A stretch of 64,000 nt of DNA from IMG/VR virus record IMGVR_UViG_3300022682_000033, positions 3,893 through 67,892 of that record; one strand, written 5' to 3'. Of the stretch, positions 38,753 to 47,500 are shown piece after piece (the first letter of the stretch is position 1; each line of letters starts with the position of its first letter). The translations under genes were made by a program, and so were the position numbers. The notes beneath the pieces are model-generated. The model was not told the DNA's origin. It worked only from the letters and a program-made list of their open reading frames with translations, and made no database searches. The DNA is from a virus.

Positions 38753-39235
38753 ATGCAAACGCAAACAGTTGAATTTAGTCGTGGATATGAAAAATTCAAA
38801 CTTGTTTTCCCTACAAGAGTAAAGATACCTTTCGAAGAAGTTGAAATGTACCCGGACTTCTGAGGCCCCGGAAACGCATGGGGGGACAGGTTGGTTCCCG
38901 AAGAAATGTGGGGTTTAAAAATTTCGGTTGCGTGCTTTTGCCATGACCTTATGTGGGCGATTGCGACGTTGAATGAGGACGAGTTTATTTCACTAAATGT
39001 GGTTTTTCTATCAAACATTGCAACGATCAACGCCCATTGCTCATCCAGCAAAATCTTATCCGCGTTACGGATGTACAGGGCGGCAACATATATGAATGCG
39101 GTTGGGTTGCCAGGTTGGGAGATTTTCAAACGCGATAAACTCAAACCGGTTTCACATCACATTGAAAAATATATTGATGACGATCTTGTCATTGAAATAA
39201 ACAAAAGAGCGGAGTGTTTAAGAAATGCAATTTAA
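38753..39235 (+). CDS. PLA2-like protein with an in-frame TGA (38861-38863): recoded or pseudogene
   Basis: GAGGAG RBS + ATG at 38753 in frame with ORF 38891; F*GPG...LVPE.MWGL.IS.ACFCHD. Confidence 0.55.
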
Positions 39236-39755
39236 TGAAATGCTTTTCGCGATGGCGGCAAGGTTCACGCTGTCCGAACGCATAGAGGGCGGATACGTCG
39301 ATGATCCTGACGATAGGGGCAGAGAAACGAAATACGGCATATCGAAGCGAAGCTATCCAAACGTAGATATAAAAAATCTCACAAAAAAGGATGCAATCGA
39401 AATATACAAACGAGATTATTGGGATGTTAATCGGACAGGTGAGATGCCCGTTACAGTTGGAATAGTGCTGTTTGATAGCTCCGTTTTATTCGGCCCGTCA
39501 AGACCCTCCAAATGGCTTCAGACGGCTTGTAATCTTTCAAGGTATGGTGATATAGCTGTCGATGGAGTTATAGGCCCAAAAACGATCTCAGCGGCTATGT
39601 TGGCAAGCGAGGCAAGTATTGTAGAAAACATGATTGCAATTCGGATAAAAGCTCACACTGACGACGTAAAAGAGAATAGGAAACAAATCAAATTCTTGCG
39701 TGGGTGGATGAATCGTATCAGTGAGCTTCTGAAATATATCGCAAAGATAAGGTGA
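39225..39755 (+). CDS. Endolysin, glycoside hydrolase family 108 with PG-binding domain
   Basis: EGGYVDDPDDRGRETKYGI, DGVIGPKT, KFLRGWMNR. Confidence 0.9.
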   Translation: MQFNEMLFAMAARFTLSERIEGGYVDDPDDRGRETKYGISKRSYPNVDIKNLTKKDAIEIYKRDYWDVNRTGEMPVTVGIVLFDSSVLFGPSRPSKWLQTACNLSRYGDIAVDGVIGPKTISAAMLASEASIVENMIAIRIKAHTDDVKENRKQIKFLRGWMNRISELLKYIAKIR

Positions 39756-39760
39756 AAAAA

Positions 39761-40069
39761 ATGAGCAAAACGTTAAAAATTATATTGGTATTGATGGTAT
39801 CCGTACTGTTTTTCGGATGTCAAAAAAAGCATGTTAGGACGCAACCAATAGACGTTCCGAACATAGGCGTTACTTATATCTTGACCGAATCAAATATTGG
39901 GACACGAAGCATCACAATTTACGGCAGGCTGTATAAAAGCGGTCTCCAAATTTACGGCTTCCACATAGGCCAAAAAATAAAAACGATGGACAACAGGACT
40001 TTTGAGTGGGTCGGATGCGATAACAGGAATTATGCTAATGGGTGGGTCGAAATTGATCCTATAAAATAA
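39761..40069 (+). CDS. Putative lipoprotein
   Basis: Signal peptide with FFGC lipobox; follows the endolysin. Confidence 0.5.
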   Translation: MSKTLKIILVLMVSVLFFGCQKKHVRTQPIDVPNIGVTYILTESNIGTRSITIYGRLYKSGLQIYGFHIGQKIKTMDNRTFEWVGCDNRNYANGWVEIDPIK

Positions 40070-40070
40070 G

Positions 40071-40101
40071 CCGGAATCTTCCGGTTAATCACTGGTTATG
40101 C
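40071..40101 (+). repeat. Cassette-run leader motif, copy 4
   Basis: CCGGAATCTTCCGGTTAATCACTGGTT. Confidence 0.7.
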
Positions 40102-40116
40102 GTAAAAGGATTTACT

Positions 40117-40344
40117 ATGGAATGCCAAAAATGTGGCAGAGAAAAAATATTCTGTGAACAGGCAATTACAGGGTTCCCAGACTATCATGTTGCCGGAAGC
40201 ATAGTTGAATATTGTGGTTTTTGCGACGAACCTCCAATTACCGCATTAAATCCTGGAGGTCGCAAAATTATTTTACAGCATAACCAGTCGCCGCTTAACT
40301 CAAACGTTAGCTGTATTGGTAGGGTTGATTTGAATGTACATTGA
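40117..40344 (+). CDS. Cassette ORF, zinc-ribbon-like
   Basis: CQKC and CGFC; AAGGA RBS. Confidence 0.5.
   Translation: MECQKCGREKIFCEQAITGFPDYHVAGSIVEYCGFCDEPPITALNPGGRKIILQHNQSPLNSNVSCIGRVDLNVH
40278..40312 (+). repeat. Internally deleted attC-like site (35 bp)
   Basis: GCATAACCAGTCG-CCGCTTAACTCAAACGTTAGCT. Confidence 0.6.
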
Positions 40345-40702
40345 TAAATTCAAAAAAGATGGTGGGTATTATTCCGAAGATGGTTGTTTCTACGAATCAT
40401 CAGAAGATTTTATTCAGTGTGAAATTTTAGGTTTTTGCGGTTGTGGTAATCCGGAATGTAATCTTGAATTTATAATGAATGGGTTGAAATATATTAATGA
40501 TCCACAACCAGAAGATCGTTCCAAGTTTGATGAGTGGATAGAAGATGGTATGAAGCTGTTCGGAAGCGAAGGCGCAAAATATTTCTTTTTTTATTGGGCT
40601 GATAAAGAAGGGTTGGCAGAACACGGTGGTTCAGTTCCTGGATGGCTTACTGAAAAAGGCGCGCAGTTATTGTCAGACTTAAAAGAAATTCACAACAGCT
40701 AA
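40334..40702 (+). CDS. Cassette ORF, hypothetical (FCGCG...EHG...WLTEKG)
   Basis: Cassette ends GTTAGCTG/CAGCTAAC; stop codon in the R'' core. Confidence 0.65.
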   Translation: MYIDKFKKDGGYYSEDGCFYESSEDFIQCEILGFCGCGNPECNLEFIMNGLKYINDPQPEDRSKFDEWIEDGMKLFGSEGAKYFFFYWADKEGLAEHGGSVPGWLTEKGAQLLSDLKEIHNS

Positions 40703-40788
40703 CGAGTCGTTCAACCGGACAGCCATCCGTCACGAAATTTGCGGAGCAAATTTAGCACCGGAGATTGCCGGTTAACACGGCGTTATAT
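40697..40788 (+). repeat. attC-like site
   Basis: AGCTAAC..GTTCAACCGG...CCGGTTAAC..GTTATAT. Confidence 0.85.
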
Positions 40789-40800
40789 TCTGGTGAAAAA

Positions 40801-40968
40801 ATGATATGCAAAGAATGCGGAGTAGATATGTTCATAGACACATGGGGCGGATGGGCGTGGACGTGTCCTCATTGTGATAGCATCGGCAGAATTGCAACAG
40901 ACCAAGAAGTTGAAGAGTATGAAAGAGAATTAAATGAACATATTGGAAGAAAGAAAACTTTGGAATGA
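40801..40968 (+). CDS. Small zinc-ribbon protein
   Basis: CKEC and CPHC. Confidence 0.5.
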   Translation: MICKECGVDMFIDTWGGWAWTCPHCDSIGRIATDQEVEEYERELNEHIGRKKTLE

Positions 40969-41128
40969 TAATCAAGTTTTGTACTCAGAGTTAGCTTGTA
41001 ATTATCAAGACCAGGTAATGCCGACTGAATGTTTTTGCGGTGTTCCATGGGAAAAAGACAATGAACTTTTTGGCTGTTGGGCTTGCGGATACGAATTGCC
41101 GGAAGAGTACGTTAGAATTGTAGATTAG
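40934..41128 (+). CDS. Small Cys-rich protein
   Basis: CFCG and CWAC. Confidence 0.45.
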   Translation: MNILEERKLWNDNQVLYSELACNYQDQVMPTECFCGVPWEKDNELFGCWACGYELPEEYVRIVD

Positions 41129-41603
41129 AATAGCTTTCAAGCGCTCCTTTAACGTCATAGGCGTAATTTACTTGTTGCAGTTTGGCATTGACAATGACAC
41201 CGTTCCTTTCTGCGAATTCCAGCGGGATGCTTTTACGGCCAGACGTTTTTTTATGAATTTCAATTTGATTTGCATCGAGGATGTACGTCAAATTCTGCTC
41301 GCGCCAATTTAGGCAGAAAATGCCGAATGCATTTTGGGGCGGATCGGATTGAATTTTAACCAAATCTTTCAATTGATTTTTGCCTATATTGTTATATGGC
41401 ATTGATTTTCCAAGAAAGCTTTTGCACTCCACAAAAAAAAGATGAATCCCAGTGAACACAACAAAATCCGATGCGTTTCGTGGCGTGAATCGAGAAGCAC
41501 CGGTGTTGCTCCATGACCCGGATGAATCTTTCAGCCTGTATACGAGCCATTCTTTGGGGACCGAATTTTTGAAATTATTTTGAAATCTTGCACCTGGTTT
41601 CAT
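41112..41603 (-). CDS. recU: RecU-like Holliday junction resolvase
   Basis: GARFQ..F, YRLKD, SDFVV, FVECKS PD-(D/E)xK motifs. Confidence 0.7.
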   Translation of the reverse strand: MKPGARFQNNFKNSVPKEWLVYRLKDSSGSWSNTGASRFTPRNASDFVVFTGIHLFFVECKSFLGKSMPYNNIGKNQLKDLVKIQSDPPQNAFGIFCLNWREQNLTYILDANQIEIHKKTSGRKSIPLEFAERNGVIVNAKLQQVNYAYDVKGALESYSNLQF

Positions 41604-41633
41604 AAACCAAACAATACGATATGAATTTATTAA

Positions 41634-43667
41634 ATGTCAACAAAAATACCAAGTTCAAAAATTGAATCGATGTGGCGAAACCTTGATCCGGAAATTAAGG
41701 CAGATTGGATACAGACCGCCATTGTGAATTATAATGTTCCTCGTAATGTTGCAGAAATAAAAGCCGTCGAGTTGTTCTGGGAAGCAGAAAATGCAAAAAG
41801 CAAAATGGCTGAGTATCAATCAGGCCCAGAAGGATGTATCCGCTGGATTAATGATAACATATACCAAAAGGTGATCCCGTATGGCGGGCATGTCCATCAA
41901 TGGGTTCCGATGGGAGAATTGCCAACAAAAAAAGATAAATATGGCAGGTCATACAAAACTATGTGGGAGGCTCAGCAAAAGGTTATTATGGAAGCCCTTG
42001 CCGTTGATAGCACCGGAACTTATAAGCATAACCTGATAGCTCTCGTTTGGCCTCGTGGCCTTGGAAAAAGTTTTCTCGCGGTGTGCATTGGGCTTTATCG
42101 TTTTATTTGTTTCAGCTATCAAAAAGTTTATTTCAGCGCGAATAGCTACGATGAGAGTGACGAGTTGCATTTCAGTGAGGCGAAAACGCTTCTTCTTAAT
42201 AGTCCTGTCTTGTGTGAAATAATAGGTGAAAATAACATACTATCAAATAAAATTAGATTCGTTGCCGGTGATAAAAATGTAATGAATGAGATAAAAATAA
42301 TATCTCAAAAACGCGGCATTGTTTCTAATGCTGCTGTTGTGACTCAAACAGAGGTTTTTAAACAAGAATCCGATACTTTTTTTGCTCAATGGTATGGAAG
42401 TTTGAGGATGACACATAATGCGCTTGGTATAATTGATTCAACCGTGTCAGACAAAAGCCATTGGCTATATCGTCTGTATAGAAATGCAAAAAAAGACCCT
42501 GGTGGGCCAGTATATTTCAACTACTATGGATGGGAGGACGCTAAGGCAAAATATTTCTGGCACCCTGGGATGACAGATCGTGATCTGGCCGGCTTTAAAA
42601 CAGCAATGTCCAGACGGGACTTTGACAGATATTATAATAACCTATGGGGGAAACAAGGGGTTGGGTTATTTGACAATATTGATATTGGCGCAATTGGATA
42701 TTTTGGGGCAAATGGAGTCCCGATATGCCATGAGGTTGTTAAGGATACACTGAAAAGGGCAAATAAGAAATCGCAGCGCATTGTGGTTCAGCAACTTCAA
42801 CAACAGCCTACGAGGCGCCAGGAGGTCGCAGCCGAATTGATTGGGTCTCTCATGCCGGTGGAAGACTTTTATTCTCTCGGCCAGCATTCGTTCGACAAAG
42901 AAACGACCATACGAAGGCCATCCATTATGCCGGGAATGAAAGAGGCCAGAAAGATAACCGATGCGCTGCAAACAAATTTGTTCTCTTTGCTGGTTGGTAT
43001 TGACCGTGCGGAACCAAACAAGTTCAGCACCACTGGTGCAAAAACAGTCGTGTCTTGGATGATTAAAGTTCCGGCCGGTGAAATGTTTACAGGATTCGCG
43101 GAAGACCCGTATATGTACGTTCTTTTCGGTTTGGCGGTAGTAGAAAATTCTATGAGCCACCCGATTATTACACTGTTGTCCGAAATACATAATTGTATGG
43201 GGATTGATTTTTTGTGTGGGGATCGATATAACTTTAGTGAGATATCGCCATGGTGTGATCAAAATGGAATCAAGTGGAGGTCTGTAAACCCGACGCTTGA
43301 AATTCAGAGGCAGGGGTTCGGGTTGTTTATCCGAGCCGTAAACAACGGTCTGTTTAAGGCTCCTCCAATGCCGGTAGCAGGTGTCACTCAAGCTGATATC
43401 TTGAGAGAAGAGCTTTCTGTGTTTGACGAGCTTGGGAAGCACAAGCAAACAGGCGTTTCAAAATACGGAAGCCCACAAAAACACAAAGCAAACGGTATTC
43501 AGGACGACGCTATGGATTCAATCGGGATCGGTATGTTTGGCGGGATGGGCATTACAAAAGCCCACATGATCGACAAGTTTGCTCAAAAGAAAAGCAGCCT
43601 ACCATATCTGAAAATGATCAATGGCCCGGCTTCCATTCAGGACACATACTCGTCTTTGTATATGTAA
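41634..43667 (+). CDS. terL: Terminase large subunit
   Basis: Walker A WPRGLGKS, R.Y.N.W linker, nuclease motifs VGID, GDRY and QDDAMDS. Confidence 0.75.
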   Translation: MSTKIPSSKIESMWRNLDPEIKADWIQTAIVNYNVPRNVAEIKAVELFWEAENAKSKMAEYQSGPEGCIRWINDNIYQKVIPYGGHVHQWVPMGELPTKKDKYGRSYKTMWEAQQKVIMEALAVDSTGTYKHNLIALVWPRGLGKSFLAVCIGLYRFICFSYQKVYFSANSYDESDELHFSEAKTLLLNSPVLCEIIGENNILSNKIRFVAGDKNVMNEIKIISQKRGIVSNAAVVTQTEVFKQESDTFFAQWYGSLRMTHNALGIIDSTVSDKSHWLYRLYRNAKKDPGGPVYFNYYGWEDAKAKYFWHPGMTDRDLAGFKTAMSRRDFDRYYNNLWGKQGVGLFDNIDIGAIGYFGANGVPICHEVVKDTLKRANKKSQRIVVQQLQQQPTRRQEVAAELIGSLMPVEDFYSLGQHSFDKETTIRRPSIMPGMKEARKITDALQTNLFSLLVGIDRAEPNKFSTTGAKTVVSWMIKVPAGEMFTGFAEDPYMYVLFGLAVVENSMSHPIITLLSEIHNCMGIDFLCGDRYNFSEISPWCDQNGIKWRSVNPTLEIQRQGFGLFIRAVNNGLFKAPPMPVAGVTQADILREELSVFDELGKHKQTGVSKYGSPQKHKANGIQDDAMDSIGIGMFGGMGITKAHMIDKFAQKKSSLPYLKMINGPASIQDTYSSLYM

Positions 43668-43720
43668 CGATTGAAGCCAGCGGCGCGGGGTTTTGCGTCC
43701 GGTGGATTGAATGGTTATGT
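43662..43720 (-). repeat. attC-like site overlapping the terL stop codon
   Basis: Minus strand ACATAAC..TCCACCGGACGCAAAACCCCGCGCCGCTGG..GTTACAT. Confidence 0.75.
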
Positions 43721-43835
43721 GCCGCCTGGAATTGAACCAAGACCGGGACACCTTCACGAACCGTCATTTAAGGCGGAGTCGAACCGCCAGGATCTCCCGT
43801 GTTCATGACCACTGCACCTGCTGTGGGTCAAGCAC
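43719..43835 (-). ncRNA. tRNA-like pseudoknotted RNA A (cassette cargo)
   Basis: Closing stem, D-like arm, two T-loop hairpins, crossing helices; same topology as 47772-47897. Confidence 0.65.
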
Positions 43836-43860
43836 ATAACGATTGAACTAACCGGCGCAC
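43834..43860 (-). repeat. 3' half of an attC-like site
   Basis: Minus strand GCGCCGGTTAGTTCAATCGTTATGT. Confidence 0.6.
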
Positions 43861-44058
43861 AACGCATTAATTAGTAGATTATCCTACGTAGCGCCTTTTC
43901 CGTTGGAATCCACGCCCAATCTCCAATCCTACGTCGCAGAAGTCCGAGTCTGTACAGGTCAATTTTGATTTGTTTCCAGCATTTCGCGCGGATCATTCGA
44001 TCATCACCTTTGGAAATTATGTGCCGCAACGCCTTTTTATGTTCGACTGAAAGATGTG

Positions 44059-44340
44059 TCATTTTATTGTGCCGCTTGGCATCAATCGGTAATACAAAGT
44101 TTTTGGAATGCACAGGTCGTCTGCGATATCTTTTTTACTCATTCCGCCAGCAAGCTTTCTTTTTATAGCCATTTTAAGGCACTCATGCTGCTTTCTGACG
44201 GCGTTCTTGTATGCACCCATCATTTGCACCGTGGTATATTGCGCGATACGTTGTCGTGACCGTCCTAAGATTCTCGCGCAATCAGCTTGCGGTATGCCTT
44301 CGGCCAGCATTTTTGATATGGTTTCTTTTGTGACTTCCAT
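44059..44340 (-). CDS. HTH DNA-binding protein
   Basis: GIPQADCARILGRSRQRI and GMSKKDIADDLCIPKTLYYR. Confidence 0.6.
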   Translation of the reverse strand: MEVTKETISKMLAEGIPQADCARILGRSRQRIAQYTTVQMMGAYKNAVRKQHECLKMAIKRKLAGGMSKKDIADDLCIPKTLYYRLMPSGTIK

Positions 44341-45110
44341 TAAGGCAACGCCTTTCGATATTTGCATAGTAAATTTTTATCTTCTTTAAGGTTTTGCTCA
44401 AATTGGTTTATTACGTCAACATGATATGCATTTACGGTATCCCATTCACTATCAGTTTTTATTTTTCTGATTTCGAATCCAAGAAAATTGGATAGATTAG
44501 TTAATTTTTTCCCTATTTGTTGGTAAGCAGGTTTGGGTTTGATTCTTAGATCGAAGTATTTTCGCAGCCAAGGGATTGCCTTTACCGTTTTGTATTTTTC
44601 GCCGTCCCCTAATTTTTCTTTTAGCTTTTTGTTCTGCCTTGACAATACGGATGCTGTAGCCATTGCCGTGGCCGTTTTCTTGTTGTTGATATGTGCCTTT
44701 GTTCTTATCGCCTCATCCCGTTGAGCAAAGGCAAGTTGTTTTTGATCGTAAATATCTGCCCACGCCCTGGCAGCCTCGGATGGATTTGTAAAGTCAGGTA
44801 TTGCAACCTGGTTTTTCATTAACTCGGATTCGAGTTCTTCAAGCATGTCTACTATTTTAGCACGAAGCGGAATAGAATAACCGGAAACAAGAATGATAAC
44901 CTCTCTCTTTGGAAGCAAGTAACAATTCTGTTCTCTGCCATAGCTGTCTTTATAGATGTGCCCAAAAATGGGCACATCTTTTCCGTGTAATTCAAGCAAC
45001 ATACGTTCAGCGTCTCTTTTTACATGCCTGTGTTCTTTTCCTGTTCGTTGAGCGATTTCAACCGTTGTCATAGCAATTTTATTTGTATTCGGTTTTGTTA
45101 CTTCATTCAT
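44340..45110 (-). CDS. Rha-family regulatory/antirepressor protein
   Basis: MTTVEIAQRTGKEHRHVKRD, LVSGYSIPLRAKI, PDFTNPSEAARAWAD. Confidence 0.85.
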   Translation of the reverse strand: MNEVTKPNTNKIAMTTVEIAQRTGKEHRHVKRDAERMLLELHGKDVPIFGHIYKDSYGREQNCYLLPKREVIILVSGYSIPLRAKIVDMLEELESELMKNQVAIPDFTNPSEAARAWADIYDQKQLAFAQRDEAIRTKAHINNKKTATAMATASVLSRQNKKLKEKLGDGEKYKTVKAIPWLRKYFDLRIKPKPAYQQIGKKLTNLSNFLGFEIRKIKTDSEWDTVNAYHVDVINQFEQNLKEDKNLLCKYRKALP

Positions 45111-45111
45111 T

Positions 45112-45297
45112 TCAACCCTCCTTTTGGTCATCATCTTTAAAACAATTCAATGCGATTATCGCACCCGCAACCATGTGCATGATAATATGAGATATCCAAA
45201 TTAAATCAAGTTCGGGCTCGATGCCCAATAAAACAGTATCTACAAATGTTGTTGTAAAAGCAAAAGCCATAACAATTACCACATGTTTCATAATCAC
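45112..45297 (-). CDS. Small membrane protein
   Basis: Two hydrophobic segments. Confidence 0.4.
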   Translation of the reverse strand: MIMKHVVIVMAFAFTTTFVDTVLLGIEPELDLIWISHIIMHMVAGAIIALNCFKDDDQKEG

Positions 45298-46108
45298 ACC
45301 TTATCATTATTAATTTCGGTTATGTTAAGTAATTTTTTCACGCCCGGAATGAAAGTTATCATCCGGTCAACGCATACGCAGCAGAGCTTTCTTCTTGGTT
45401 CATCCTCTATCCACGAATCAACATAGTATGCAACCGGGTGTTTTGAGCATGCTTCGCAATATCCAGCTTTCATTTCAGATTCCTTTCTTAATTTTGGTAG
45501 CAATGGCGCAATTCCGCAACCCGTTGAACACACACACCTGAAAAAGCATGTGCATTGAGGCTGGTATGACCTAACCTCTGGCATGATTGCATGAAAGAAA
45601 AGAGTTTTAAAAAATTTTCGTCGATTTTTTCATGCAACCAAGCGTACTACCAGATTTACCAGGGTACCTTTTAGACTGGGCCAGCAGCTGAACACCCCAC
45701 CGATTAAATGCCGTGGTCGCGGTAAAACATGTGCGTGTATATTGGGAGTCTTTAAAAACGAATCCCATCCCTGTATATCCCGAAAACGGGCGAGCGGGTT
45801 GATCACTCGCCTGGCAGTAACTTCTTCCGGTTACTACTCAGGTTGCGTATTTTTGTGGCTGAAAGCATACCTTTTTAAAAAACAACGCTGCATAACAAAA
45901 AAAGCGCTTTTATGAGAGGGGGCGACTCCACAGGGAAAAAGTCGCCTCCAAGGTGGAATTGCCAAGGAAACCCTCTCATAAAAACGCTTTATGTTATTCC
46001 CTATGGATGTTTTAGCAATTGAACTCAGCGTTTTCCAGGCGCGTCATCGTTCAAAAACTGTCAAAAGATACAATTTGTTTTTGGCTCTGTCAAGTATAAA
46101 AATATCTA

Positions 46109-46297
46109 TCACTTGTTGGATAAAACTTCGGGATTTAGTTTCAAAAATTCTAATATCCCCTGAGCGACACCTTCTTTGATAGCTTTTTGGACGTTTATTT
46201 TGTTACCACCAGCCCACCATGATTTGTCTTGTTCTTCCAAAAATCTTAAAAAGGCGTGCTCAATTCCTTTTTTAACATCTCTTTGATTGATATCCAT
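46109..46297 (-). CDS. Hypothetical protein
   Basis: AGGAGGG RBS directly after an attC core. Confidence 0.55.
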   Translation of the reverse strand: MDINQRDVKKGIEHAFLRFLEEQDKSWWAGGNKINVQKAIKEGVAQGILEFLKLNPEVLSNK

Positions 46298-46937
46298 TAT
46301 TCCCTCCTAACGCCTCAAATAACCGGCGCGGCTTTTTGCGTCCGGTGCAGCGACTGGTTATGTGACGCATTATGTATTCGCCCAATTCTGGCAAAATACA
46401 ATTTCTTAGAACTTGTCGCTTGTTTTTAATCTTGGACTGAGCAACGACTTCATATTCGGCAAAGTCGGATATTTTGTTTTTACTTCTGATTTTTACCGGT
46501 TTAAAATCCATATGCGGTACGGTATCACTTGACCAAAATAAATGACGATGCAGAATGAATGACGGCTCGACCAACGGTGTATAGTAAGGTTTTGTATTTT
46601 CAACGACCCATTGCCCCTCGAAATATGTTTTCAGGAAAACGATCTGTGCATAAAGCGACATATCCGGCATTATTGGGTCAAAACCTTTTCCGATGACCCC
46701 GACATTGTGCCGATATTGTCCGTGACTTGGGCATGGTGGCGAAGCCCATATAAAATCATATTCGGCATAGTGTTTTTCAAGATAGTGCAGCGCATCACCA
46801 ACAATTACCGTATCATTTGGGTAAAGTAATTGGTAAACAGCTGCAATATCAGGATCAAGTTCAACAGCGGTCACATGATGCCATTTCCATAATTTACGAT
46901 TGCCGCCGATTCCTGCATATAAATTCAAAACTTTCAT
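46272..46937 (-). CDS. C5-cytosine DNA methyltransferase (short, cassette-borne)
   Basis: LNLYAGIGG, WASPPC, VVEN; reads through its attC. Confidence 0.85.
   Translation of the reverse strand: MKVLNLYAGIGGNRKLWKWHHVTAVELDPDIAAVYQLLYPNDTVIVGDALHYLEKHYAEYDFIWASPPCPSHGQYRHNVGVIGKGFDPIMPDMSLYAQIVFLKTYFEGQWVVENTKPYYTPLVEPSFILHRHLFWSSDTVPHMDFKPVKIRSKNKISDFAEYEVVAQSKIKNKRQVLRNCILPELGEYIMRHITSRCTGRKKPRRLFEALGGNNGYQSKRC
46305..46363 (-). repeat. attC-like site
   Basis: Minus strand ACATAAC..GCACCGGACGCAAAAAGCCGCGCCGGTT..GTTAGGA. Confidence 0.8.
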
Positions 46938-46959
46938 AAACACCTCCGATATTAAGTCA

Positions 46960-47018
46960 ATCTAACGTTTCAAATAACCGGCGCTGGGGTTTGCGTCCGG
47001 TTGAACAGATTGTTATGC
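46960..47018 (-). repeat. attC-like site
   Basis: Minus strand GCATAAC..TTCAACCGGACGCAAACCCCAGCGCCGGTTA..GTTAGAT. Confidence 0.8.
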
Positions 47019-47037
47019 TACATCATCCCGATTATAA

Positions 47038-47152
47038 ATGCGTCTCCGTGTGTCCAGCTTTCTCATCGCGGCAGCACGTCTGCTTGCCGGGGTGATATTG
47101 GTCTCGCACCGTCCCTCACCTGGGCCATCATAGCGCAGTGACGGAGACGCAT
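47038..47152 (-). ncRNA. Structured RNA C (ORF-less cassette)
   Basis: 12-bp closing stem ATGCGTCTCCGT/ACGGAGACGCAT with internal hairpins. Confidence 0.55.
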
Positions 47153-47212
47153 AACGGTTAAGCTAACCAACGCGCGGCTTTTTGCGCGTCCGGGTTTAGC
47201 GAATGGTTAGCC
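47149..47212 (-). repeat. attC-like site
   Basis: Minus strand GGCTAAC..GCTAAACC..GGTTAGC..GTTATGC. Confidence 0.75.
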
Positions 47213-47428
47213 GACAGCAGTTATTTCAGCAACGTCCGCAATAATATTTAATGCTGCCCTCAGTCCAGGCACATAAATTCGGTCACGCCTGAGATCATGT
47301 TCAATGTGATTGACGATTACAGACGATATATTCCCCAATGAGATTGAATCAACCAATCCCCAGGTGAACTGTTCTGGAAATTCCTCATTGTAGCTATCGT
47401 GATCCTTCACCTTCATGAATTCTCCCAT
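47207..47428 (-). CDS. Cassette ORF, hypothetical
   Basis: AAGGAG RBS; cassette ends GTTAGCC/GGCTAAC. Confidence 0.6.
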   Translation of the reverse strand: MGEFMKVKDHDSYNEEFPEQFTWGLVDSISLGNISSVIVNHIEHDLRRDRIYVPGLRAALNIIADVAEITAVG

Positions 47429-47442
47429 GAATTCTCCTTTCT

Positions 47443-47500
47443 GGCTAACGATTAGCTCACCGGCGCTGGGGTTTGCGTCCGGTGGAGCGATTGGTTATTT
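47443..47500 (-). repeat. attC-like site
   Basis: Minus strand AAATAAC..GCTCCACCGG..CCGGTGAGC..GTTAGCC. Confidence 0.85.

Noticed and set aside
42666-43448. 260-aa minus-strand ORF
   Set aside because: Antisense to terL with no recognisable motifs
43719-43835. RNA A or B as a canonical tRNA, tRNA-Sec or tmRNA
   Set aside because: No 7-nt anticodon arm, no UCA anticodon, and too short with no tag ORF for tmRNA
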